Assembly: GCA_965644265.1 (NCBI GenBank)
Contig: OZ286464.1
Coordinates: 34,534,001-34,598,000 of the forward strand
DNA: 64,000 bases
Reading direction: 5' to 3'
Origin: Glycera tridactyla
Taxonomy: Eukaryota
Shown here: piece by piece, positions 50,390-63,169 of the stretch
Layout of the letters: every line of letters begins with the position of its first letter
Numbering within the stretch: position 1 is the first letter of the stretch
Translations under genes and position numbers: made by a program
Notes under the pieces: generated by a model
Databases searched by the model: none
Told to the model about the DNA's origin: nothing
What the model saw: only the letters and a program-made list of their open reading frames with translations

Positions 50390-53234
50390 AGACGTGGCAA
50401 CGCACGCTCTCTGCCTTCCATGGTAAGACTCAGAATGACTGATTTGTTCTTGACTGCCGCTGATGACGTCACAGCGCGTCACTGTGTCACTAGGTGACAC
50501 TAGCGCGACACTAGGGTGCCTGGTGTTAATAGGTGGTACTAGTGACATTGTGGTTTCACAAGCTCAATGTGGCCTCCCCCAGAGGGCTCCATTGGGGTTG
50601 CAGTTAATCACCTAAATTTAGTGAATAACTATTTTGAGTTTCGGTCTATGATCCTCATCAGTTACCTGATTATCCCTATATCTCCCTTGTATCGAACCAA
50701 GATTTGATTGGGGTTGATGGTGAGAAAATGTGTCCTGAAAAAGAGACCATCTTTTGAGGTGTCTTTCTCTTGTTTTCCCTGTATGTAGCCCTCCATGGTG
50801 TTTGACTCAATATATATAATTTGAGGAAATCTTGGTTTGGTTGATTTGATCAAGAATTCTAGGTTTGTATCCAAACATCTTGTTTGGCGGACAGGAGGGA
50901 CCCCAACATAATTTCTTCATGTATTTAGTGTGGCAGGAAAAAGAACCTGTATGGTTGATCTATCTGTGGACAAAAATATCATGGGGTTATATAATTTCAG
51001 GAAGTACTCATTGGCTTGTGGGAGCACTTACACAATTTCCTAAAATGATTAACATTAGCGGCAGCGGGAGGCATTGGATTGCAAAAATTATACATTGTAC
51101 ATCAGGGTTGGGTGTATGCATACCCAGACTCTCCCAGTTCTTTTAGAGGTGTAATTTTCCAGGAAACTGGATTCAAATTTTGGGTAGATCCCATGGGCTG
51201 TCAAGAAAAAGTGTTATGTGACATGGCAAAGGCAGTCCATTGGGAGTGATTAGTGAAAGTCTCAGGACAGTTGATAGTCCTTTTGTGACAAACTTCCCTG
51301 GGGTAAAGGGTTCCCGATTTTAGGGTTGTCGTCTATTCTTTGCTTATATTTTTCAACAAAGGGTTGACTTTCTTTACAAATCATTAATGTATTTAATGTT
51401 TTGATCACCTAGGGTCGGGATTCGTGAGAGTGGAGCTTTGTTTTCACCTTTCTCTATAGTGTTTCCAGTTCCTGCAACCAGTTTCCAGAGGTGTTCTGTC
51501 TTTGGTATTCTGGCCCATGGGGAGCATGGTTCTCAATCTCTGGATCCAATTAAATTCTATTTGGAGTCTGAGCGTGAGGCCATGGGTGGTTTTGGGGTGA
51601 GCGAAAATGAAGTCCAGGATATGAATTTTAATATCTTTGATTCCATTATGGCCTGGTTGGAGATAATGTCTGCTGATATCTTCCTTCAGGCTCTTCCTCA
51701 CTATGGGTCCAGCATGTGCACCGAATCTTTCATGTAAGGTGTTCCCTTTTGGCCCACATATTGTTCAGAGCACTTTCGACAGGTAATGCAGTATATGATA
51801 TTACTACTTTGACAGGTTACATTACGTTTTGTTTCATATTCCTGTCCTGTGAAGCAGCTGGTTATGCGTCCTGAGCATTCAATAAGAGGGCAGAATCTGC
51901 ATTTTTTGTATTTGCATTTGTTCTCAGACATGCTGCATGCAGTCAGTTTTGTCTTTTCTTTGATGCTGGGTAGTTTTGCCTTGACTAGAAGGTCTTGTAA
52001 GTTCGGTGGCCTGCGATTACCAACAGTTAGTTTTGATTCTGCAAGTACTTTGGTGGCTGAAGATCTCTTCAGTAAATCCCAACTTTTTGTGACTAGCTTC
52101 CTGAGTCCCCTGAATTCTGGTTGGTATGTGGTCACCAAGTAGAGTTTTTCAGTGGTGTCACTCTCTTCCAGGTTTGATGGGGTTGTTTGTTCCCTTTGTT
52201 CATCCAGGAGTTGAATTTTGGTCAGCCTTCTCTGACACTCTCTATTAGTGTTTCTGTTGGATATTTCCTCCATTTGAAATGGCAGAATAAAAGAGTGCAG
52301 TGCTTTATGAAGTCAGATCTCTTACTGCATATGCGTTTCAGCCTCAAGAACTGGTTGTATGGTAGGCTGCGCTTGCAGTGAGATTGGTGGGATGACCTGT
52401 AATGTAGATAGGTATGGCTATCTGTCGGTTTGCAGAACAGGTCTGTCCACAGTGTACCATCATCATTCTTATGGAGAGTCGTGTCCAGGAAGTCCACCTT
52501 TGATTCAGAGATTTCTGCAGTGAATTTAATAGTGGGATGGATCTCATTCATTTTGGTTATGAAGCAATCTAGTTCCTCTTTTCCATGTTCCCAGATCATG
52601 ATGATTTCATCCAGAGTGGTTTCATTCCGTATGTGTGGACAAGATTCTCTTCCAGGTTGGCCATAGAGATATTGACTGAACTGGGTGCTACCTGGGTTCC
52701 CCCAACTTGCAGGTAATTTTCATCGTTCAATTGAAAATTGTTGCACCTAAGAGTTAACTCAAGCATTTTGATGATATATTCATTGCTCGGTCTGGCCATT
52801 GTTTTTCTGCGTCTCATCTGAAGTGTTTGTACACTTGATATACCCTCATTGATCAGGATGTTTGTGTACAGGCTAGTCGCATCCATGGTCACAAGTAAAC
52901 TATGTTTTGGGACTTGTCCTAAATCCTCCATCTCAATTAAGAAGTGATTCGTGTCCTCAGATTTGATTTGATCGGGACATCATGGGTTTTAGAAAAAAGT
53001 CTGTCAGTTCTGAGATTCGCTCCGTTAGGCACTCATTGGCTGAAACTATGGGTCTCCAAGGGGGCTTTTCTAGACTCCTATGGATTTTTGGGGACAAATA
53101 GAATTGCGCTGTCCTTGGGGAGTCATTTTTTAGATAGTCAAAGGTCTTCCCTGCGATTTAGCCTTCAAGAGTCATCTCTTCAAGTGAAGCTCTGACCCGA
53201 TCAATATTTTCTGATGTCAGATCAGTGTCCGTTT

Positions 53235-53272
<38 letters not shown>

Positions 53273-53900
53273 TCGTGTGTATATTGGCTGCCTTCTGTCT
53301 CGTCACAAAATCCTTTTCTATTCAAGACGGCCATCTAATTTTGAGAAGCCATCCATAAAATCCTTTATATACAGAGGACACACCAACTTCAAAGAGTGCA
53401 GGGCAACGAGAAATCTAGAGCCCCGTAGCCCATCTTTCTTGGGACTTCGCCAGTCCGACCAGCCAAAAATAAAGAAATCGGAATTCACCAACCCCCATAC
53501 TGCCTTGGACACCGGATCATCTGCCATTCACAATAATGGATCACAGATGATTTGGGAAAACTGCCCCCCTGGGGGCCCATGACTGGGGATTTTTTTCCCC
53601 TATCGTGGGTGCCAGCACTCTGCCCATAGGTGGGTTTGGTGACACCCTATCTCCAAGGGTTACACATTTGTCAATGCATCTTGACACGTTTTGGTGGGTA
53701 ATCAAACCCCATTTTATTTAATTTTTTTGAACCGTGTTGTTCCCTGGCCTTCGGGGTGACCGCAACTGACGATTGTTTTTGACTGATGAGGAGCATTGAA
53801 ATGGGAATGGTGAGGTTTTAGGTCCACTTTCTGCACTTGAGTAGGCTAAATCAGACTGCCAGGACCGACTTGTGCCATCACTGACATTGTTTGGCTCGGT
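50390..53900 (-). mobile_element. Decayed Penelope-like element A (RT and GIY-YIG, internally deleted) with 3' pLTR
   Basis: RT remnants FYL.PKIH...RPIVSAN..TERIS, LLVTMDATSLYTNI, NNFQLN..NYLQ, VDFLDT, TDLFCKPTDSH.YL.Y.S.H. GIY-YIG motif SNIIYCITC..C..QYVGQ. ORF ends at 51444, followed by ~1 kb of 3' region ending at (TA)n 50337-50385. Confidence 0.9.
50625..50661 (-). ncRNA. Degenerate hammerhead ribozyme core in the PLE A pLTR
   Basis: The minus strand reads CTGATGA GGATCATAGACC GAAAC TCAAAATAGTT. Stem II is GG(A)TC/GACC and stem III is short with a GTT triplet. Stem I is not convincing. Confidence 0.5.
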
Positions 53901-54069
53901 GACGCACGAGTCAATTCCCAGGGAGCAATGACGCACTCGCACACAGTATATAAGAGTGACGATTTATATGAAACGTTCAAATACCTTCGGTTTCAAGTCA
54001 TTACACGCGGAGAGAAGTTACGCCTCGTCAACAACAATATACATGTATATATATATATATATATATATG

Positions 54070-55795
54070 TGGTTGAAGAAATAATCTTCTACGAGGCGAT
54101 AGTCTTCTAGGCTCGTGCTACCGAGAATGACGCTCAATTTGAGCGTCGTGCTATCTGAGTCCAATGTCAACGTTGCTATGGTAGCTACGTCGCTTGAGTG
54201 ACATGACGTCATGACCTAGTTATGACGTCAGTGGCAGCTGGCTTGGGGATTTCCTCTCAGTTTGGGAGGGGGTTTCCCAGAGTTTTTAGCTTAATGGGTA
54301 TATATCATCAAGAGCTGACACTTGGAGTCATTTTATATGGACAAAATGCATTGTTTTTGTGCCTAAATTTTCGGGATTCCATGCCATGATTCTCGGTTTC
54401 GGGAGCTTTGTCCCTCATCAGGCACACTTGCCAAATAAATATTTCTCAGTGATATCACTTTGGAGTTGATCAGTTTGATCCTCGGAAATTGTCGGATGGT
54501 TGCCACCCTATTCCATCGGTCCAGGACCCAAAAAGTGGTCAGTCGGGTATGGTTAGCCCACCACAATGAAATAATTCCATCTGGTTTTCCCATAAAATGG
54601 TATCCATTGAATCTGAGACCCCACCATGTTCTGGCAGGTAATGCGGGGGCCCCTGAGGTCCCCTCTGTATAGAGACATTTGATATAGCGCTGGGGTCACG
54701 GCTTACCCCACTGGGTAGGAAGAATGTCTTATTGTATAAAAATATAGGTAAGGGGCTATTAACATTCTAATTACCCAAAAATCATTCTGCTCGGGACATC
54801 CAAGTACATGGGATTTGGGTATCCAAATTCTCCAGTATACCAGTTACGTTTCCCCAAGGAATTACTGTAATTTGGGGTTACCTGTAGTTGGCTTTTCTCC
54901 AGTCCCGGCAGACTGATCTAGTCTCCGGGGTTCTGTCCATTGTGTTCAGCCCCATTGGTAACTGAGATCTCAGTCGTTGAATCCAGTGGAATCCGATTCT
55001 ATCCCTGAGTCCCTTTGCTAGTTCACTCTTTGGATCTGCATGAATAAAATTGACGATGTGGATTTTCATGTCCACACCTCCTTTGTGATTGGGGGAGTTA
55101 AAGTGTTTTCCAATATCTGTTTTCTTGTCCCCTCCCCCAATATCGGTCCAGTGACCTTGGAATCTGTCCATCAGTCTTCGATATGTTTGACCTACATATT
55201 GTTTGCTGCACACCGTACATGGGATGCAGTGGATGAGATTGCTGGACCTACATGTGACACCATGTTTGGCCTCATACTCTCTCTTCGTAAAGGTACTTTG
55301 TATCTTTCCACTGTGGTCAAGTGCTGCACAGGATCTGCAGGTACTGCGTTTGCAGATGTTCTTTGATTCACACAGTGGTTTGGGCGTTGAAGTGTGTGCC
55401 ACAGGTATGGGTTTGAGTTTAGCACTCACCAATATATCTCGTAGGTTCTTGGATCTCTTGAATCCTGTGATCAGTTTCGATTCAGCTACCTCTTTAGTAG
55501 TCGAGGACCGTTGTAAAATACCTCAGTTACGGGGATCTATTTGTCGCGCATGATCGTGATTAGGATAGTATGTGGTGAGGAAAGCTACCATTGCACTATT
55601 GTCATCTTGTTTCTTTTTCAATTCAGATTCTGTATTTTCCCCCGATAGTACCTCACGGGTTTTGCTTTGGACTTTGTCCATGGCCTGTTGTAAAAGTTCT
55701 ATGGGATAGTCTCTCCGTTGAAAGTGGAACAAAATCATCACACAATGTTTCATGAAGTCCTCTTCTCTGCTGCAAATACGTTTAAGGCGAATATA
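54070..55795 (-). mobile_element. 5'-truncated Penelope-like element B (thumb/GIY-YIG and pLTR) directly upstream of element A
   Basis: ORFs 55523-55753 and 54878-55432 read TCRSSNLIHCIPCTVCSKQYVGQTYRRLMDRFQGH...HFN..NH...WIQRLRSQLPMGLN. The element is bounded by (TA)n at ~55793 and 54045-54068. Confidence 0.9.
54380..54421 (-). ncRNA. Hammerhead ribozyme core in the PLE B pLTR
   Basis: The minus strand reads CTGATGA GGGA caaagc TCCC GAAAC CGAGAATCATGG CA. Stem II is a clean 4 bp, and the cleavage triplet appears mutated (GCA). The downstream GAAACCGAG...ATGG...CCCGAAAA resembles the copy at 8792. Confidence 0.55.
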
Positions 55796-55929
55796 TATAT
55801 TCCAATCTCACAGCGAGAATTTCACGATCCTTACTGAATAATAGGTTTACACACAGCTCGCATTAGAGGGACTACAGAGACCTGATCCAGCCTAAGCATT
55901 GACCACTTTCCCCGGATCCGAGGTAGTGA

Positions 55930-58900
55930 TTGAGCAAATCATGACTTTCAAGTATAAACAATAAACAGTGACACAAAACTTGCACCATATTAGGTATAAT
56001 GCTGCTCCTTTAAGAATGATCGAAGTTTGAAGAGAGAGAATGAGTACAGCGACGTTGACAAATCTGAACATGGCTTCGCAACATTTACAAAAACAAGTCA
56101 CAATACATTATGTATCGGAGTACAAATTTTTCAACTCACGAATTATGTGAATGAACAATTTTGTCAGAAGTAAATGACCATCCTTACGGCTTCTGAAAAT
56201 GAGATGACAAATCACTCTCAAATCCAGATCCATAGGATGATCCGCCCAAATTATGGATTGTTTCTACAATCGAGACATTCTTCATCTAAATCATTTCATG
56301 ATTGCTCACCTTCCATGTAGCATCCAAGAAAGACATCTTTACTTCCGTCAACTGTTTGAGCGACACATTCTAATAATCTCATGACACTGAAGAACGACAA
56401 ACAATGATATATTCATGGGCATGAATCACAATATCGTACTTGCGACGTTCGAATGACACCAAGCAGCATAACCAACTTTCAAATGAGATTGTCTCGAACA
56501 GGGATCACAATATAGTGCTGGTGACGCAAAGGTAACAAAAACAACAAGACAAGCAATTGCATCAAATTGTTTTGAACACGCATCCCACTATATTCTTCAT
56601 GACAATGAAGTGACCGAAAACAACAGAACAGCCAGTCCCTGTCCTCGTCATGGGCCTGCATTACAATATAGTGGCTACGGTGTTCAAAAAAAAAACATCT
56701 AGTATCACGAGATGTCAGAGGTATCAGGTGTATGAAATGCTCTCGAAATATGCACCGAAATATGGGGGTGTATGGTGCAACTCAATTATCAAGGGACTCA
56801 ATAAAATGTACATAACTGATCCTTTTACACATCCATAACACTGAGTGAGGACGATAATGACCCTCAAACACGATATATTCCATCGGTGGTATGACCAGCG
56901 TTCGAACAGGGGGCCAAGGGTGAGCTACCCAATTATGGACAAGTGTTTGATTTGAAAGTGACTGGAAAATGTATATGACGACCAGACCGAATATGTAGGG
57001 CCATGACTGGGGAGAATTCACTTCTTTGGATGCCATCCAAATTGATGATACACTATTCGAACTCGAATTCTGAACTCAAGGATCAAACGAGAATGAAATA
57101 TTCACAGCAAATCACCAATCATATCATCAATTTGTATCTGGTAATATTTCACGAAACAATAGGGCATGTTGTAACATCCATTCAACATCTGGTATGACCA
57201 ATCCAACATGCTGTAGGTGCACAATCACATATCAAACTATAACCTGTGGTTCTGTTTGTATACAATACAGGTAAAATTGAGTGACGGGTGATCCCCCCCC
57301 CCCCTCTCTGATTGGTTGTAGTTTGACAGCTGAACTGTGGCATAGTCTAGCATCATATGTGACCGCCATTTCAGAGCTTCACTTGTTGAACACAGTATAG
57401 TTGTTTTTTGTGTTTGTACGCAAACCTTTTGTGATAACCATCACCAAGACCGTCTACTCCATCAAATCAGTAAGACTATACATGTGTAATTCATCTACAA
57501 TATGAGAGCATGTGTGCATGAAAATCTAGCAGAGTGAATCATATTCCATGTAGTAATCTGATCACAGAATCTCACGAGCCCCTAATCATTCAGATTTAAT
57601 GAGTCTTTTTTTCAATGAGGAGTTACACTATATGAAAGAGCCCGATTGTTGCCCTAGATATGAGGTGGGCCGTGATTAAAAGTACTTTAATTGCTCGGTT
57701 AATCGGATTCCTGATGAAATCATTTTGACATATCATACTAGTCTTGACTATTGCGAAGAGTATTATAGAAAATTGGAAAAATTACTATGCTGCCAAGATT
57801 AGTTTTTCTTTGGTAAAAACAGATGTAAATGATATAAGAGACGCCTTCACACATGTACCTCACAAAGCATCAATCAGGATGGGAAAAAATCAATTTTGAG
57901 AGTCTGAATATCTATCCAGCTCTCGACATTCAGATGAGAGAGGGATTCTTCAAAATTTCACTCTGAGTGGACTGACAGCTCACTTTGAAGTTGGTGGATG
58001 ATTTGATGAAGCTCATGTAATTGATAATCACTTTGCTGCATTCTTTCTAAAGGGAATGACTAATCTACAGCCATCGCGCACACATCACAAGTTCAAATTC
58101 ATTAGAGGGACGCAGACAAAGGGACGTCTTCAATGAAAGGATAGACATTTGCACACCCTAACTTTCCCTCTTATCCAGGGAAGCTGATCAGCCATTCATG
58201 TGTTGCAAGAACTTTATCCGACCAAAGTTGGTGCTTCAAGATGAGTGGGACAGAGTAACCCTCGATTAGAGAGGAATGTTACTTGTATGTGTTATGCAGC
58301 CTGAGAATCCTTCGAAAAAGACTTCATGGCAGTCACCAGGAGTGGGATCGAACATACAGCCCTCCTCCCTCTGAATCTCACGATCTGCCACATTTTCTTA
58401 TATTTGATTTGCCTTCCATGACACTGATTCAACATATTTCATCGGATGTTCTCATGCGGAGGCACATAACATTAACGTGGACACTTTTATCTTCATATAT
58501 GCACCATCGTGTTCGTTCACCTCAGTTTTCACATCATCCGATTTTAGAGATACACTACACTAAACTATACAACAAAACACTACTCTACACCACACTACAC
58601 TACACTGAAGTTCACTACACTACTCTAAACTATACTACACTACACTACACTACACTAGAGCTTTTCATCCGATTGTTTAGTGGGGGTTTATCAGCAGGTA
58701 TCAGGCCTAGACATTGTGTATGACATCTGTTTCCCGTCAAAGGGAGATGCATGCTCTGTCCCAAGTGGCCATAATTCCCATGAACCCTGGACAAAAGACG
58801 ACTAAGACCAAAGAGGTTCCCAAGTGGAAAAAGCTGATGGCTTGCCTCGTCTATATTTTGAGTGTTATACACCTCCCCATAGAGGATCAGTGGTAGAGGC
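55930..58900 (+). pseudogene. Decayed copy G of the unidentified coding sequence (best match to copy A)
   Basis: Collinear similarity with 2000-5450. One frame runs from ~56310 to ~57220 with only scattered stops. A (CTACA)n tract at 58552-58658 sits at the same relative position as in copy A. Confidence 0.6.
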
Positions 58901-58929
58901 GCTACCATCACTAGTCATGCAATTAACTT

Positions 58930-59600
58930 TGGTGTTTTGGATGCATAGTGAAAGCACCCATTGACCCTCTTCACGCCTGGACGTCACTAATACATTTATA
59001 CAGAGCAACCGTGGGACTGGGCATATCTTGGGAAAGACATGACCCAACTGTGACCAGGGATTATACTAAAACATCAATTGAAGGTAAAAATGATCCGGAG
59101 AGTACACCATGTACCACCTCACCACTTGGACACACTCCGAAAGTGAGCCTCCTCATAAGACCAGAGCGTCCCCCCATACAAGGCCTCATACAGGGACCTC
59201 CCATCCCTCCCCGCTTAACATAGGGGACCCTCATTAATTCCACCTCCACAAATATAGGAGACATTCCCTCTGAACACATCCCACTCATCGGGGAAGGATA
59301 AATAATTGCACATGATCTGGGGGACACTACTAGAATTATATGGAATTCAGGAGAACACACGTGGGAACAACATCTTACCAAAGATGATGCTGTAGAACAA
59401 CCCACTTGTGGTTACTTATAATCTTGGCAACTGATGAGGCTCTCAAGGGCCGAAACCCAGATCTATGGGCCATCCCAACACTTATCTCAGGGAAGGAACT
59501 ATAGAATTGGGGATTTGACAATCTTTCAACCTTCTGGTCCCCAATCATCTTATGCTCAGGATTCGTGAGAGTGGACATGGAGCTCTTATGGATCAAGATG
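58930..59600 (+). mobile_element. Probable Penelope-like 3' region/pLTR remnant
   Basis: A/C-rich tract with a hammerhead core. ggattcgtgagagtgga at ~59559 is also present at ~51419, next to the PLE A ORF end. Confidence 0.5.
59431..59475 (+). ncRNA. Type I hammerhead ribozyme core
   Basis: CTGATGA GGCTC tcaa GGGCC GAAA CCCA gatcta TGGG CC. Stems II and III are well formed, the triplet is GCC instead of GUH, and stem I is degenerate. Confidence 0.62.
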
Positions 59601-61338
59601 ATATCTGATCATTACTTGTTTGGGTCGCTCTTTCGATCAAATGAATTTGGTGAAATTGTGCTCGACTTGATATGAATGAGATGAAGATGATACCAGATAA
59701 GTAGGGAGTTCATGGAGTTATCTATATTGAGCGTTGGTAGGCTCATTCAAGAGAGGAGGGTTTCATTGTAGACATTTGCTCTATATTATTGTCATCATCA
59801 TGTTCATGATCCTTATCATCAATGAAATTACCGTTGTTGATATTTTGCTGAGTGTGCAGAAACACAAGATTGTTGGGTGTTTGACAGATTGCTATGTCTG
59901 TGAGGGTCATGTATATTCCGGAGTTCCATTTATATGTTGCTTAGATGTCCGGATATCTTGCTGTTGCCCGGGCTTAATTTTTCTTGGCTTACCTATCATT
60001 GTGCTATTTGCTAGTCAGCTATGCCCTTCGAGTTTCTTCATTCCATCATGTTGATGGCAAATTACGTTCAACGTTGGATTTCTGTGCTGAGAATGGTAGG
60101 CCCTTCTCATTTAGGACAGATTCACCTATTGATATATCTATCCTCTCATTTGATCAATTATCAACAAAAACTTTCATTTATAAAATTGATTTATTCACTA
60201 ATAGATATTGTATTTCTTTTTTTATTAATGCATTAATGTATCTATTCATTTATCTTTTCATCTATTCATTCGTTGATTCAAACAGTTTTTCATTCATTTA
60301 TTAATTCATTCATTCCTCTCTATTCTCATTATTTTCAATCATGGGAAGTGAAAGTCCATGAAATTCAGAGTCACACAGAGTATCCCATCCAACTATCCCA
60401 CAGGAGCAAGTAATAATGTCGTCTCTGTGGCACACATAGTTGATAAGAAGGAATGAGAGGAGATGATGTTCAATTTAGAAGAAAAACGTCATGTCTGGGT
60501 GCTCGGCGTGATTCAGCAGTAGCTTACAATTCTGCAAGATAGCCGGAGGCATCCACACAATGCACTATTAGGTCATGCTGTTTACGCATTCCTCATGCCT
60601 AATTGCAGGATCTATGGCAGTATTCTACTTACTACATCCCTCCTGGCTTGACCCCAAAAGAGGACACACTATCATTCTGAATAACATCCAGCTTTTTATC
60701 GTGATAGTAGTAACCAGCTTCCATCTCCTTTCTGATGGCATCTCCATCATGATAGCATCGACCTCAATCTCGTGCAGATGCTTTCATATGGTCTGGATGG
60801 TTCATAGAGTTTTTGTGATATGACTAGCATTTGTATCTCATCCGCCATCTGGGAATATCTGGACTGATGTACAGACATTGAGGTAGTATCACCTTTCATT
60901 AGGTTTTACAACTCAGCCAGGTGCACCTCCAAAAATTTACGACAGCCGATGGAGACGTTTACATGTGGCTACTGGTTCAATTGGCAAGTACGTGCTGAAG
61001 CCCCTCTTGAGGACTGCGTTCACCTATGATTATTGCGTTAGTTCATCTGTGCAAGGTGACACTTGACCTAGAAAAGGTCATATTGGGTGCCAATGCAAAC
61101 AGAACAAAAATTGAACAATAATATACACACGATATTCACCATAATTATAATAAGCACAAGGTTAAAGACTCGAAGGGTCCTATGTATCTGACTTGATGAG
61201 ATTGTACCGGTCATCCCTAGAATATACTGCTTTTATGGATAAAGAACATGTGGCATGCATAATCCTTTGAGTTGATACCTGCAATGAAGCTCCCATCTTG
61301 AGAAGAGCAATCAATCAGCCAACCAGTCTTCGAATTCA

Positions 61339-61660
61339 GCACTCTCCCAAATCCCCGGGAGAGTGAATTTGATTTCGGGAGAGTGAAACTTCCCACTCAC
61401 TCTCCCGATGGGAGAGTTGAAATTTTTCGGTTTAAGTGGAAGTGATTGATTTTCTGTAAAGACAGAACATCACAATTTTGATTACACCAACAATTATCCC
61501 TAGTCCCTGTGAGTAGGCTTTGCTTTTGCCTGCACGTGTATGATCTGAAGAACTGACCTCAGGAAAATATATATTAGTGGGACTTACACAAATTCGGGAG
61601 AGTGAATTCATTTTCGGGAGAGTGATTCTCCCAATCTGCTCTCCGTATGGGAGAGTGGCT
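61339..61660. repeat. Two related modules of clustered GGGAGAGT / ACTCTCCC direct and inverted repeats
   Basis: gggagagt occurs at ~61357, 61377, 61410, 61596, 61616 and 61649. The complement actctccc occurs at 61341 and 61399. Confidence 0.85.
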
Positions 61661-63169
61661 GGAAAAGTTTTTCTTGAAGACTGGCCAACTATCCAATCTA
61701 TCACCCTCGGGAGCTGGGGTGGGGGGGGGGGGGGTTCGTGTTCATGACACTTTTAGAGAATTACCTTGAGCTTTCTTGTTTTGTATGTCAAGACGGTCAG
61801 AAAAAGTTTGGGTAACACCTTCAGATCAAGTATGTTTTCTCTGCATGACCAATTGCTCCATTTCAGCATGAGATCTACACATTTTCAAAATCCAATCAAA
61901 ACTTTGACTCCCTCTCCATCCTACCATTTTGTATCAAGAACAACTAAATCTGTTCAAAATCACCCCTGATAGGCTCTTCAAGCAGACCAATGATCATAGT
62001 GATATCTGAGGGAACTATATGGTGACCCTGGTGATTTTTGTTAACCAAAGTCACCCTGACCCCCAAATTACCACTTTGTCCGCATTTCATCGAAGGGCCA
62101 TATCTTGAGAAATAAGGATCATATCAAGTAGATCTCTGTGTCTATATATAGGACCTTTTCCACGAGGGATTGATTGTAACAATTACTATCATCAGTTTGA
62201 TCCATTGATCAGAGTTATTTTTGACGAACATACGATTCATATAGTTTTGAGTACAGCATGATGTGCCTCTGATTGCAGATTTGATATGGTGACAAATGCA
62301 CGGGTCTGTTCAACGATGATATCACATGAGTTCTCTATACGGCACGGAAGATCAGCCTCTGTATGTGCTCATTGGTGCTGATCATCCCAAAGAGCATCGA
62401 ATCTGTTGTTGGTCGATATCTGAATCCCTATTGACATGAATCCTGTGATCCTGTCGGTGTTGAGTTGCTGACAGATATATGGGAAATCATGCATTGGACA
62501 AGTGTTTTATCTCCGAACAATTGAATGATTCATTGCCTTTTTTACTTCATTATTCCTGCATGTCCCCCCTCCCAGCTTCAATGGGATACATACACAAATG
62601 TTTTCGGTGCCCAACCATCACAAACATAGAAAAAGTTGCCATATTCATTCAAAAAGCATACTCTTGGAATATCACATCTAGCATAGTATACACAAATATT
62701 TCTTGATTATGCAATTACTGCAACACCTTATGAAGGGACCATGATGTTTGTCATGGGAGTCAGCCTCATTCGAGTGAAAAGTTGTGTGGCCACAATTCGG
62801 GACATATTCCCAGCTGAATTCATTTTGGTAGGGCTTCCATACTCGAATTAAGGGTTCAACCATTATGACTGGATGCGAATATGCAGAGCCACCACCATTA
62901 CCATCACCAATATCATCAACATCACCATCGCTGCCACCGCAACCACCACTACCACCACCACAGCAACAACATGAACAGATCAGTGAAATATACCTTGGCA
63001 AGATGAACACAATCCCTTGCTTGGGACAAGTCTCCATTTAGTCGTGTCCAACTGTATGCACTGTCATATGGGCATATATGCCACGGAAAGACTAGGACGA
63101 TACTGCATCAGTCGAATTCAATGTATCTCATTTGTGTATCTACTCAAGCAATGAGACTTTTTGCTCTTT

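Noticed and set aside
56640-56670. HGPAL here, and LPGYFL at ~63190, suggesting a Mab-21/cGAS-like protein
   Set aside because: The two motifs are in different copies and in the wrong relative order, and the WRxSFS and GS..EG..SD.D signatures were not found. Kept only as something to test.
57990-58030. FDEAH as a DEAH helicase motif II
   Set aside because: No preceding hydrophobic strand and no Walker A; copy A reads FDEAN.
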